Below are positions 9,481 through 19,254 of a stretch of DNA of 64,000 bases, one piece after another. The DNA is taken from contig CAWGTN010000001.1 of NCBI GenBank assembly GCA_963825525.1, positions 1 through 64,000 on the forward strand, written 5' to 3'. The notes below the pieces were generated by a model, which saw only the letters and a program-made list of their open reading frames with translations, ran no database searches and was not told the DNA's origin. The translations under genes and the position numbers were made by a program. Numbering within the stretch: the first letter of the stretch is position 1; the number at the start of each line of letters is the position of its first letter. The DNA is from an uncultured Chloroflexia bacterium (lineage in GTDB: Bacteria > Chloroflexota > Limnocylindria > QHBO01).

Positions 9481-10764
9481 TTCACCGATTTCCGCGCGTG
9501 CCGGCCATCCTCGCCGCTTCCGCGCTCCTGCTCGCCGCCTGCGGCAGCGGATTCGAATCAGAGGCGCCGGGGTCAACGGCACCGGCGTCGGCGGATCCCG
9601 GATCATCGACCGATGCCAGCACGCCGGCCGAGGCCGGGGCCGATCTGACGATCCTCATCGGTTCATCGGGCGACGCCGAGACGAACCTGGTGAACGATCT
9701 TGTGGCCGAGTGGTCGGCCGAGTCCGGCGTGAATGCCGAGGTCGTCGTGGCATCGGACCTCAACCAGCAGCTCTCGCAGGGCTTCAGCTCGAACAGCCCG
9801 CCCGACCTGTTCTACCTCTCGACCGATCAGATGGCCGCTTACGCCGCCACCGATTCGCTCGAGCCATATGCGGAGTCGCTCTCGAACGCCGACGACTTCT
9901 ACCCGAATCTGCGCGAGGCGTTCACCTACGACGGACAGTTCATGTGCGCGCCGAAGGACTTCTCGACATTGGCGCTGATCATCAACTCGGATCATGTGGT
10001 CGGAGGCCGGACTGACCGACGACGACATTCCGACGACGTGGGAGGAGCTCGCCTCGGTCGCCGAGCAGCTGACGACCGACGACCACGTGGGCCTGGCCTA
10101 CGGGCCGGAGGTGCAGCGCATCGGCGTGTTCATGGCCGAGGCCGGTGGAGCGTTCATCGATGACGATGGCACGACGGCGGTCGTCGACTCGCCGGAGAAT
10201 GCCGAGGCGCTCCAGTACGTCAAGGACCAGATGGCGGCCGGCACGTTCTCCTACTCGTCCGACCTCGGCGCGGGCTGGGGCGGCGAGGCGTTCGGCAACG
10301 GCCTGGCGGCCATGGTGATCGAGGGCAACTGGATCGCCGGCGCCATGACGAACGACTTCCCGGACGTCAACTATGTCGTGGCCGAGCTGCCGGAAGGACC
10401 GGGCGGCAAGGGCACGATCCAGTACACGAACTGCTGGGGCATGGCGGCGCTGTCGGACAACATCCCCGGCGCGACATCGCTGGTCGAGCATCTGACCAGC
10501 ACCGAGTCTCAGCTGGCCGCGGCCGAAGCCTTCGGCGTGATGCCGTCGGTGGCATCGGCGGCGGAGGAGTGGAAGGCGGCGTTCCCCGAGTTCGCGGCGT
10601 TCATCGATGGTGCCGAGTACGCCATCAACCTTCCGGCCCAGCCGGGGACCGGCGATGTGATCAGTGACTTCAACTCGCAGCTCGAGACGCTGCCCGCCAC
10701 GGAACCCGAGGCGATCCTCACCAGCGTCCAGCAGAGCCTTCAGGCCGCGCTGGACGATCAGTAG
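9477..10764 (+). CDS. Sugar ABC transporter substrate-binding lipoprotein (frameshift near 9990)
   Basis: ATGA overlap with the LacI stop, lipobox LAAC, PPDLFY, PKDFSTLAL; continues in ORF 9994-10764 (IPTTWEEL). Confidence 0.88.
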
Positions 10765-10779
10765 GCTCTCCTCCACAGT

Positions 10780-10808
10780 CCGGGGTGGCGCGCATCGCGC
10801 CACCCCGG
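10780..10808 (+). terminator. Strong intergenic hairpin after the SBP gene (mRNA-stabilising or partial terminator)
   Basis: CCGGGGTGGCGCG-cat-CGCGCCACCCCGG, 13-bp stem, no U tract. Confidence 0.55.
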
Positions 10809-10874
10809 CACGGTCCACGTTGGACTCCGACGGCACCCGGACGGTGCTGACCTCGTTCACCGCTTGAGGGCGAG

Positions 10875-11913
10875 ATGATAGGTACGCGGTCGCGCGGCTC
10901 GATCCACGGTAACCGGGCCTTGGCGGGATGGCTCTTCGTCACCCCCGCCATCGTCATCATCGGCCTGTTCGTACTCGTGCCGATCGTCATGGCCGCCTGG
11001 GTCAGCGTTTCGGACTGGTCGGGCATCGGTCCGCCCTTCGCCGAGGGCGTGAATTTCGTCGGTGTCGACAACTACGCCGAGCTGCTCGGTGGAACCGGTC
11101 TCGCCACGCGAGATCTCGGCACCGCACTCCGCAACAACCTGTTCTACGTGCTCCTTGTCGTCCCGCTCCAGACCGCCATCGCGCTGGGGCTGGCGATCCT
11201 CGTCAACCGGCGGGTCATGCGCGCCCGCGGCTTCTTCCGCACCGCGTTCTACTTCCCCTCGGTAACCTCGTCGGTCGCCATTGTCGTGCTGTGGCTCTTC
11301 CTGTTCAGCGCCACCGGGCCGGTGAACAAGGTGCTCAGCTGGGTCTGGATCGACGGCCCGAACTGGTTCCAGGACCCGCGCGGCATCTTCCACATCGTCT
11401 TCGGGGCCTTCGGCATCACCGGTGCCGGACAACCCGCTCAGCGGTGCGAACTTCCTGGGGATCAGCGGCTGGGACTGGGTCTCCGGCCCGTCGGTCGCCA
11501 TGAGCGCATTCATCCTCATGGCCGTCTTCACCACCTCGGGCACGTTCATGCTCCTGTTCATCGCCGCCCTCCAGCAGATCAACGCCGAGGTCGAGGAAGC
11601 GGCCATGACCGATGGCGCGAACGCCTGGCAACGCTTCCGGTACGTCACCCTGCCGATGCTCAAGCCGATCGTCTTCACGGTGGTCACGCTCGGCCTGATC
11701 GGGACATGGCAGGTCTTCGACCAGATCTACGTGGGCACGCAGGGTGGCCCGGCGAAGACGACGCTGACGCCGGCCTACCTGTCGTTCAACTCGGCGTTCA
11801 ACAACTATGACTGGCCCCGTGGCGCGGCCATCGCCTTCATCCTGTTCGCGATCATCGTGGTTCTCACCGCCCTCCAGCGGCTGTGGATCGGACGGACCGA
11901 GGTGGGACGATGA
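10875..11913 (+). CDS. Sugar ABC permease (frameshift near 11420)
   Basis: FVGVDNY, FFRTAFYFP, EEAAMTDGANAWQRF (EAA motif). Confidence 0.9.
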
Positions 11914-12744
11914 CTCGACGCGAAGGGCTGTTGGCGTGGGCGCCGTTCGTGGTGCTCATCGTGCTGGCGACCATCTACATCGCGCCGTTCCTCGTGCAGG
12001 TGGTCAACTCATTCCGGCCCGACGCAGATGTCGTTCGCGAGCCACTGTCCCTCGGGCTCGGGTCGTGGACCGCGGCAGCCTACGACCGCTTGTTCACCCG
12101 CAGTGACTTTCCGTTGTGGACCATGAACTCGTTCATCGTCACGCTGTCCGTCACGGTTGGCCGAGTCTTCTTCGTCAGCCTGGCTGGCTATTCGCTGGCG
12201 CGCATCCCGTTCCGGGGCCGCAGTGTCGTGTACGCCCTGCTCATCGCCGTCATGGCGGTACCGGGCGTGGTGCTGTTGATTCCGAAATTCATCGTCATCA
12301 ACCAGCTCGGCATGTACGACTCGTACTCCGGAATGATCATCCCCCTGCTGGCCGATGCTGCGGGCGTGTTCATCATGAAGAACTTCTTCGAGTCGATCCC
12401 CGTCGCCGTCGAGGAGCAGGCTCGCATCGACGGGGCCGGGCGTGTTCCGAATCTTCTGGTCCATCGTGCTGCCGATGTCATTGCCGGCGGTGATGACCAT
12501 CGTCATCCTCTCGTTCCAGGGGTCGTGGAACGAGCTCAGCCACTTCATCGTGTCGACCCAGAGCACCGACCTGACGACGCTCACCAAGGGCGTCGCGCAG
12601 CTCGCGTCCGGGCAGCTGAGCCAGGGCTCCCAGTTCCCGATCAAGCTCGCCGCCGCGCTGCTCATGACCGTCCCCGTCGCCGTGGTGTTCTTCATCTTCC
12701 AGAAGCGGATCATGAACGTCGGTGCCGGCGCAGTGAAGGAGTAG
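11910..12744 (+). CDS. Sugar ABC permease (frameshift near 12440)
   Basis: AGYSLAR, EEQARIDGA then FRIFWSIVLP...SWNE in the next frame. Confidence 0.9.
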
Positions 12745-12813
12745 CGGGAGCTCGAGCGTCGGCCGGACGGCGGAGCACCGGACCGAGGCTGATCCCATCA
12801 CGGCGACATGCGC

Positions 12814-12842
12814 TTGCGGGGGAGTTTGCCCGTGCCTATAGT
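12814..12842 (+). promoter_or_regulatory. sigma70-type promoter TTGCGG-17-TATAGT
   Basis: -35 at 12814-12819 and -10 at 12837-12842. Confidence 0.7.
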
Positions 12843-13004
12843 CGCGGTGGCGTCCTGCCCGACGCCCAAGCTCCGCCGGGTGCCTGCGTGACCCGCTCGA
12901 GGAGTCAAAGGGGATTGGTGTCCTCCGGGCGGACCTGACGGCCACGAAACCTGAGGGTCGTTGCGACGGTGCGCAGGACTGGTGCGGCGGCCGGAGGGCT
13001 TTCG
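12843..13004 (+). ncRNA. Candidate structured leader RNA, copy 2
   Basis: CUCC..CGGGU-gccugcgug-ACCCG..GGAG stem, AAAGGGGAU-uggu-GUCCUC hairpin, closing GUCCUGC/GCAGGAC. Matches 2471-2638. Confidence 0.65.
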
Positions 13005-13982
13005 ATGACCGAGCAGAAGCATCTCAAGGCGCTCATCCGATCCCGGATGGCGCGCACCGGTGAGTCATACACCAGCGCACGCAGCCACACCGTCAGGCAC
13101 GAGGCGCGTCCGACCCTGACGCTGGCGGCCGAGTTCCGGGCCCACGACAAGCACTGCATGACGGCAGTCTTCACCGCCGATGGCGGACACATCGTCAGCG
13201 GCGGCTTCGGCGGCCAGGCACGCATCTGGACACCCGACGGGACCCGGGTCGGCGAATTCGTCGGCCACGAGTCGGCCGTCAGCGTGGTGCGCATCTCGCC
13301 GGACGGAGCCACCGCCATCACCGCCTCATCCGACAAGACCGTCCGTACCTGGGATCTTCCGACGAGACGGCAGATTGCCGTGCTCGGAACGCATCGGAAG
13401 CAGGTCCTGGCACTCGATCTTGACGCGGCGCGGGACCGGGTGTGGAGTGGTGGCCACGATGGCCGGCTCAACGCGTGGACCCTCTCGACAGGGGAGCGTG
13501 TGGCCCAGATCGATCTTGGCGGCAGTGTGTCTTCGGTCGCCGTGCGAGCAACGGATGGGACGGTGGCCGTAGCCACGGTTGGCGCCGGGATCGCGATCCT
13601 GGGTCCTGACGGCGAGGAGATGGTTCGCTTGGCCGAGGACGCCTCCGTCGTCGGCTCGGTGACGTGGGCGACCGACGGCGGCTTCATGCTTGCGTCGGGG
13701 CAACGCGTGGCCACGGTCTGGGCATCGGACACCTGGCAGCTCGTGCGGTCGCTGGAGACGGGGCCGGGGAGCATGCTGCCGGCGGCGCTCAGTGATGACG
13801 GGGGCCGGATGGCGCTCGGATGGGACCATCACGTGGGCCTCTGGAGCGCCGATGAGTCGCAGCAGGGCGTGGTGATCAACGACCTTCCCAAGGGCGTCTA
13901 TGGCCTGGCGTTCTCGCCCGACGGTCGCTCCTTAGCTATGGCGGCGGCGGACGGTCGGGTTCGCGTCTGGTCAGTCACCTAG
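13005..13982 (+). CDS. WD40-repeat protein with N-terminal basic RMARTGE peptide
   Basis: RBS GGAGGG; GH...WD repeats (GHESAVSVVRISPDG, DKTVRTWD). N-terminus MTEQKHLKALIRSRMARTGESYTSAR. Confidence 0.9.
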   Translation: MTEQKHLKALIRSRMARTGESYTSARSHTVRHEARPTLTLAAEFRAHDKHCMTAVFTADGGHIVSGGFGGQARIWTPDGTRVGEFVGHESAVSVVRISPDGATAITASSDKTVRTWDLPTRRQIAVLGTHRKQVLALDLDAARDRVWSGGHDGRLNAWTLSTGERVAQIDLGGSVSSVAVRATDGTVAVATVGAGIAILGPDGEEMVRLAEDASVVGSVTWATDGGFMLASGQRVATVWASDTWQLVRSLETGPGSMLPAALSDDGGRMALGWDHHVGLWSADESQQGVVINDLPKGVYGLAFSPDGRSLAMAAADGRVRVWSVT

Positions 13983-14227
13983 GAGCCTCCCGACCTGCAC
14001 GATGCTGGGGCCGCTCTCGAACGATGACGGTCTGCCGCGAGACGCCCATCACCCGCGCCAGGTCGGCCCGGCCGTGCAGGATCAGTCACGCATGCGGCGC
14101 CTTGGAGAGTGCTGCCAGCGGACGCCGGCAAAAGGGAGCCCGCCGGCGGGGAGTGTCCTCGCGGATCACTCGCCTGACCGACGGGCCCCGAATGCGCCTG
14201 GCGTTCAGAACTGTCTCACCACACGCG

Positions 14228-14911
14228 TCAGGCGGACACAGGTGCTCGCCGAAGGACCGGAACCGAGACCTTCTCGGGCCGAACCGCCCACACCAGGCCA
14301 CCGCCTGCGATCAGGAGAGTTGCGCCGAGTCCTGCGAACAGAGCCGCGAGGCCGAGACCGAGCTGGAGCGCGGAGGCAGTGACGGTCCCGACGCCGAGCT
14401 CACCGATCAGGGCGTGGGCCACGCCGGTCCAGGCTTGTGCGCGGGCCGGACCCTCGATCGGATGCTCGCGATTGAAGTCGGCCCAGTAGCGGCCGTCCAC
14501 CGCGAACTCGTACGTGCCGGCGGCGAACAGCTCGCCGTTGTAGGTGACGTCCTCCGCGAGGACGATGGTCTGGGTCGAGTTCAGGGTGTGATAGGCGACC
14601 GTCGCCATCTGGAACATGTACTCGCTGCCGGTATTGACGATCGGGTCAGCCGGGTCGAGCTCGCCGGCGACGACGGGGTAGCCCCACTCATCGGTCAGCA
14701 GACCCATGATTGCCTGCGCGCCTTCGGGCTCGCCGCGATCGACGAGCTGGCCGGCTTCGTTGTAGCTGAGCTCGACGCCCTGTGCCGCGCTGAACGCGTT
14801 CAGGGATGCCTGTCCCTCCTGGACCTTGAAGAAGGCAAAGCCTCCAGCGACGACGAAGGCGAGGCCGATGAGGCCAAGCACGATGCCGAGGCCCTTCAAT
14901 CGATTGATCAC
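14228..14911 (-). CDS. Hypothetical membrane protein
   Basis: N- and C-terminal TM helices around an acidic extracytoplasmic domain; high-GC codon usage. Confidence 0.75.
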   Translation of the reverse strand: MINRLKGLGIVLGLIGLAFVVAGGFAFFKVQEGQASLNAFSAAQGVELSYNEAGQLVDRGEPEGAQAIMGLLTDEWGYPVVAGELDPADPIVNTGSEYMFQMATVAYHTLNSTQTIVLAEDVTYNGELFAAGTYEFAVDGRYWADFNREHPIEGPARAQAWTGVAHALIGELGVGTVTASALQLGLGLAALFAGLGATLLIAGGGLVWAVRPEKVSVPVLRRAPVSA

Positions 14912-15132
14912 GGTACTTCTCCCGTTTCCCTGTGCGTTCAAAGCCTCATGGCTCCGGTGTGCTCACCTTCGCCGCTGCGCCTGCCTGAGCGCAGTACCGA
15001 ACGGCCCCCTCTCGCCGGCCAGATGGCCCCCGACCGGGAAGTCAGGGGGTCTGCAGTGTGATTTCGTCAAACGAGCCATCCCGGGGTGCGGCGCTACCGC
15101 TTGCGGCGCCGTCGCGGGATCACGTGGGAGTC

Positions 15133-15852
15133 TCAAGGGGCGATCGCCAGACGCGGTCTCTTCCCGATGTTGGTTCGTTGGCGGTCCCCACGCTCGCGCC
15201 TGGGCTGGCGGGAGTCGTCACGGACGAGTGCGGTGAGTGACGGGATGTCATCCCGCTCGAAGGCGTCCGTGTAGCGACCAAGCAGTGCCCGGTGCTCGGG
15301 ACGCATCGGCTCGGGTGCGCCGCATTCCTGCCGGGCGGCGAGCGTGACCCGGGCACGCTGGAGGGCGCTATTGACCGAGGCGACGCTCGTGCCGAGCAGC
15401 TCCGCCGCCTCGCTTGCTCGCCAACGCAGCACCTCGCACATGAGGAGCACGGCGCGCTGGCGCGGCGGGAGGTGCTGGATGGCCACCATGAAGGCCTGGC
15501 GAACGGACTCCCGTGCGAGGACCGCCTCTGCAGGGTCGCCGCCCGATGACCATGGATGTGCATCGGGCGACCTCGGCTCGATCTGTGCCTCGGCATCCGT
15601 CGCAGTGCCGGGATCCATCGGCACTGTCCGGCGCTGCGGATGGGCCAGCATGTCCAGGCAGACGTTTCTCGCGATGCGATACAGCCAGGTGCGCAGCGTG
15701 GCGCGGCCCTCGAATTGCTCGTGTGCGCGCCAAGCCCGCAGGAGCGTCTCCTGGACGGCATCCTCGGCCTCGAACCGGGAGCCCAGCACACGGTACGCGT
15801 AGCCGATCAGCTCTGCCCGGTACCGTTCCAGCGGAGCCTGGTGGATTGTCAT
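15133..15852 (-). CDS. ECF sigma factor (SigG/ECF56-like, C-terminally short)
   Basis: EAEDAVQETLLRAW, LRTWLYRIARNVCLD, LPPRQRAVL, SVNSALQRAR, LLGRYTDAFE. Confidence 0.88.
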   Translation of the reverse strand: MTIHQAPLERYRAELIGYAYRVLGSRFEAEDAVQETLLRAWRAHEQFEGRATLRTWLYRIARNVCLDMLAHPQRRTVPMDPGTATDAEAQIEPRSPDAHPWSSGGDPAEAVLARESVRQAFMVAIQHLPPRQRAVLLMCEVLRWRASEAAELLGTSVASVNSALQRARVTLAARQECGAPEPMRPEHRALLGRYTDAFERDDIPSLTALVRDDSRQPRRERGDRQRTNIGKRPRLAIAP

Positions 15853-16039
15853 GACGTGAGGGTGCATCGGGCGACGGACGGCGTGAAACACCGCCTGCCG
15901 ATGGAGTCACAACGCCAGATGGTGAGTCCCCGGCCTCCACGGCCGATGACGTCGCGCGGCTAGACTTCATCGGACTCCGGAGGCCGGTTGCTGGCGTCCG
16001 AATGCACCTGAAGCAGGTCAATCCACGTCTCCTTCGTCC

Positions 16040-17275
16040 ATGGATGTGTTGCAGCGTGACGTCAGCCGACGGCGGTTCCTCGGGATGGCCGGGTCCGCGG
16101 CCCTGGCGACGATCCTGGCTGCGTGTGGAGCCTCCGCCCGGAGCGCCGCTCCCTCCGCGACGCGTTCAGTGACGCCGAGCCGCAGCCCGGCGCCTCCGCC
16201 GACGGCACCGACTGCCTCGCCCACGCCCTCACCCGCGGGGCTGAGCCTGCGCGATCAGGTCGCCCGGATGCTGCTCGTCGGATTCCGGGGCACGACGGCC
16301 GACGAGGCATCGGCCACGCTGGCCGACATCCGCGACCTGTCCCTGGGTGGCGTCCTGCTCTTTGACGTGGACGTGCCGACCCGCGCCCGCGTCCGGAACA
16401 TCGTCTCGCCGACCCAGCTGCGCGAGCTCACCGCTGCACTGCACGATGCCGCGGGCGGTCGTGGGCTCATCGTCGCCGTCGACCAGGAGGGAGGGCGCGT
16501 TGCGCGTCTCGGTCCGGATCGCGGATTCCCGGCGACGGTCAGCGCGGCCGGCCTGGGTGCCCGCGCGGACGTCGAATTCACCCGGGCCGCCGCCGTCGAG
16601 ATGGCCGGGACCCTGGCTGACGCGGGCATCAACCTCAACCTGGCGCCGGTGGTGGATCTGAATCTCAACCCGGGCAACCCGATCATCGGCGCGCTCGACC
16701 GAAGCTTCGGTGCCGATCCGGAGCTCGTCGTCGCCCAGGCCGAGGCATTCATCAGCGGTCATCGCGATCTCGGGGTGCGAACGGCGCTCAAGCACTTCCC
16801 CGGTCACGGCAGTGCCACGGCCGATACCCACCTGGGCGTGGTGGACGTCACCGGCTCGTGGCGAGAGGTCGAGCTCGATCCGTTCCGCCGGATCGTCGCC
16901 GACGGGCTGTGCGATGCCGTCCTCACCGCCCACGTGTTCAACGCTCGATTGGACCCGGCGCATCCCGCAACCCTCTCCACGCCGATCATCACCGGGATCC
17001 TGCGTGACCAGGTCGGTTGGGATGGGGTGGTGATCAGCGACGATCTGCAGATGGGCGCCATCCGGCAGCAGTTCGGCTACGACGAGGCGGTGGCCCTGGC
17101 CATTGAGGCCGGCGTGGACCTCTTGACGATTGCCAACCAGCAGGTTTTCGAAGAGGGGATCGTGAGCCGGACCTTGGATCTGGTTGAAGAGATGGTGCGC
17201 TCCGGTCGCATCGGGGAGGATCGCATTGCCGCCAGCGTGGAACGCCTGGATCGGTTCGTGAGCAGTCCTCAATGA
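16040..17275 (+). CDS. Tat-exported GH3 beta-N-acetylhexosaminidase (NagZ-like)
   Basis: SRRRFLG Tat motif plus lipobox LAAC; VDQEGG, KHFPGHG, ISDDLQM. Confidence 0.9.
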   Translation: MDVLQRDVSRRRFLGMAGSAALATILAACGASARSAAPSATRSVTPSRSPAPPPTAPTASPTPSPAGLSLRDQVARMLLVGFRGTTADEASATLADIRDLSLGGVLLFDVDVPTRARVRNIVSPTQLRELTAALHDAAGGRGLIVAVDQEGGRVARLGPDRGFPATVSAAGLGARADVEFTRAAAVEMAGTLADAGINLNLAPVVDLNLNPGNPIIGALDRSFGADPELVVAQAEAFISGHRDLGVRTALKHFPGHGSATADTHLGVVDVTGSWREVELDPFRRIVADGLCDAVLTAHVFNARLDPAHPATLSTPIITGILRDQVGWDGVVISDDLQMGAIRQQFGYDEAVALAIEAGVDLLTIANQQVFEEGIVSRTLDLVEEMVRSGRIGEDRIAASVERLDRFVSSPQ

Positions 17276-17351
17276 ACTCCATCGCCCGGGTGATCTGGGC
17301 GATGTTCCGGACCGATCCGATCCGGCCGCGAATGTCCTTCAGGCTCGGCAT
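17274..17351 (-). pseudogene. atpG: Orphan 5' fragment of ATP synthase gamma subunit
   Basis: MPSLKDIRGRIGSVRNIAQITRAMEF matches the conserved AtpG N-terminal helix and has an upstream GGAG RBS. Similarity stops at the GH3 gene end. Confidence 0.65.
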
Positions 17352-17876
17352 CTAGCTGGACTTCTCCATGCGCTGCGCTGCTGCTCGATAGTTCGCGGGA
17401 TTCGCGCATGAGCACCGTTCGGCGTGCGATTTCCGCGATCAATCGAGCGTGTCGACGCTGGAACTGCACGCCGGCGGGCCACTCGTGCGGCCGGTCCATC
17501 GATAGATCGCGGGGATCGCACCTGAACAGCCGGTAATGTGAAATTCCCTCGATCTATCGTCATGAGGCGCTCTTTCCACCCTTGTCGGCATCCGCGTCGG
17601 CATCGGCCTCGGGATCGGCGACATCGGCATCGGCGTCAGGACGGCGACATCGGCGGCTGCGTCCTCGACGACCCGTCCAACGTTGGGACGGAGCCGCCGA
17701 AGATCTCCACCGGGAGGGGGCATGACCATTGATGTTGTGGACAAGTTCGTGGACAGACCCCTTCCGAAATGCGATGGCCGCGGCCTACGATCCGCCCCGG
17801 TCCGTATCCTTGTCGTTCGGATCAATCGCCCGGAATCATCCATCTCAATCAACTGAATCCTGGAGGGTGCCATCGC

Positions 17877-18221
17877 ATGACGCAGCGGCCGTCCGAGTCC
17901 GACGCTGCCGAACGGCGCGGGCCGCACGAGGAGCCACCACCTCCCGACGCGGTCTCATTCATTCGGTACTGCCATCACCGCCGCGGGGTGGGCTGGCCTG
18001 AGCTCTACGACGAGATGTGCGGTGTCGCCGCCCGTCGCGAGTTCCAGGGCTGGGACCACGCCGAGCTGGCGTCGCATGGCCTGACGTTCTCACTGTTCGA
18101 GATGCCGCGCCTTGCCTCGTGGGTGCGTGCCGTCCTGGAGGGCAGCGCCGAAGAGCGCGCGGTGAACGGCCATCGAGGAGCCACGACACCACGCCGACAG
18201 CCGCAGGGCGCGGTCGCCTAG
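17877..18221 (+). CDS. Small hypothetical protein
   Basis: RBS GGAGG; YCHHRRGVGWPELYDEMC globular core; followed by a terminator. Confidence 0.65.
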   Translation: MTQRPSESDAAERRGPHEEPPPPDAVSFIRYCHHRRGVGWPELYDEMCGVAARREFQGWDHAELASHGLTFSLFEMPRLASWVRAVLEGSAEERAVNGHRGATTPRRQPQGAVA

Positions 18222-18246
18222 CCCGCCCTGCGGCTGGATTCACCAG

Positions 18247-18282
18247 GAAAGCCCCGGTTCGCTTCGGCGAATCGGGGCTTTC
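18247..18282. terminator. Bidirectional intrinsic terminator
   Basis: GAAAGCCCCGGTTCGC-ttcg-GCGAATCGGGGCTTTC between convergent genes. Confidence 0.8.
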
Positions 18283-18302
18283 TCCTATCCGAGGTTCGGC
18301 TG

Positions 18303-18602
18303 CTAGTAGGTGTGGCGGCGCGCCATCTCACGCTCGATCATGCGCTCCATGACCATGTACTTCTCGATCCGGCGACGGAGCTCGTTCGCCTCAGGCGTGT
18401 AGAGGTGCACGAACTGCTGGAGCTCCAGGGACAGCTTGCGGCTGAACATCCGCGCGTGGTCGAGGTTGCGACGCAGCAGGACCTGGTCCATGCGTCGCAG
18501 GTGCTCCTCGTTGAGGAGGTCCTCGTCGCGCAGGAGCTCACGATCGGCGTCGAGCTGAGTGCGCTGGAGCTGGACGGGGGTGATGATCGAGTCGTCGGCC
18601 AT
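18303..18602 (-). CDS. Hypothetical helical protein
   Basis: 99-aa ORF with strong codon bias, 12 nt downstream of the receiver gene. Confidence 0.7.
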   Translation of the reverse strand: MADDSIITPVQLQRTQLDADRELLRDEDLLNEEHLRRMDQVLLRRNLDHARMFSRKLSLELQQFVHLYTPEANELRRRIEKYMVMERMIEREMARRHTY

Positions 18603-18614
18603 GACCGGGTCAGT

Positions 18615-19016
18615 CTACCGGCTGGCCGGGACGCCGATGAGGCCCTCGACCATGGACGTGAGCTCGTCGATCCCGAACGGCTTGGGGAGCACATGCACGT
18701 CGCCCACCGTGGCCAGCTCCTCCTCGCGATCCCGAAGGGCGGCGACATCGGCGGAGCAGATCACGATCGGGACCCTGGAGAGCTCGTCGTGAGCGCGGGA
18801 GAGGGTGACGATCTCCCAGCCCGAGGCGGCTCCCAGGATGAGATCCACGATGATCAGGTCCGGCTTCGAGTCCGCGATCTCCGCGATCGAGGTCTCTTCG
18901 CCGTTGTACAGCGACACCTCGTACCCTGCGTCCTCGTCGAGGATGGCGGACATGAGCTCGAGGAATTCCGGGTTGTCGTTGACCACGCTGATTCGCGGTC
19001 GCGTCGCGCTGGGCAT
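18615..19016 (-). CDS. Single-domain response regulator receiver (CheY-like)
   Basis: VVNDN, PDLIIVD (phospho-Asp), VICSA, LPKPF. Confidence 0.9.
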   Translation of the reverse strand: MPSATRPRISVVNDNPEFLELMSAILDEDAGYEVSLYNGEETSIAEIADSKPDLIIVDLILGAASGWEIVTLSRAHDELSRVPIVICSADVAALRDREEELATVGDVHVLPKPFGIDELTSMVEGLIGVPASR

Positions 19017-19099
19017 GCTCAGGGTTTCCTCTGGCGCATCGGATATCGGCCTCAGAGGGCGCGAGTATAGTCCCGGCTCGATCGGTATGCTGATCGCGG

Positions 19100-19175
19100 G
19101 TCCCCGTAGCTCAGAGGACAGAGCAACCGCCTTCTAAGCGGTCGGTCGCAGGTTCGAATCCTGCCGGGGACGCCA
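19100..19175 (+). tRNA. tRNA-Arg(TCT)
   Basis: Acceptor GTCCCCG/CGGGGAC, anticodon arm ACCGC-CT TCT AA-GCGGT, T-loop GGTTCGAATCC, encoded CCA. Confidence 0.96.
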
Positions 19176-19254
19176 CGTACACGGTGCCGCCGATGCCTGG
19201 CGGCCCGGTCATCTCTCTGCCGAATCCTCAAGGACCGGGCCAGCGCGATGCGCA

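Noticed and set aside
9980-10000. Programmed frameshifting in ABC genes
   Set aside because: No slippery heptamer or stimulator seen; indels are scattered across unrelated genes.
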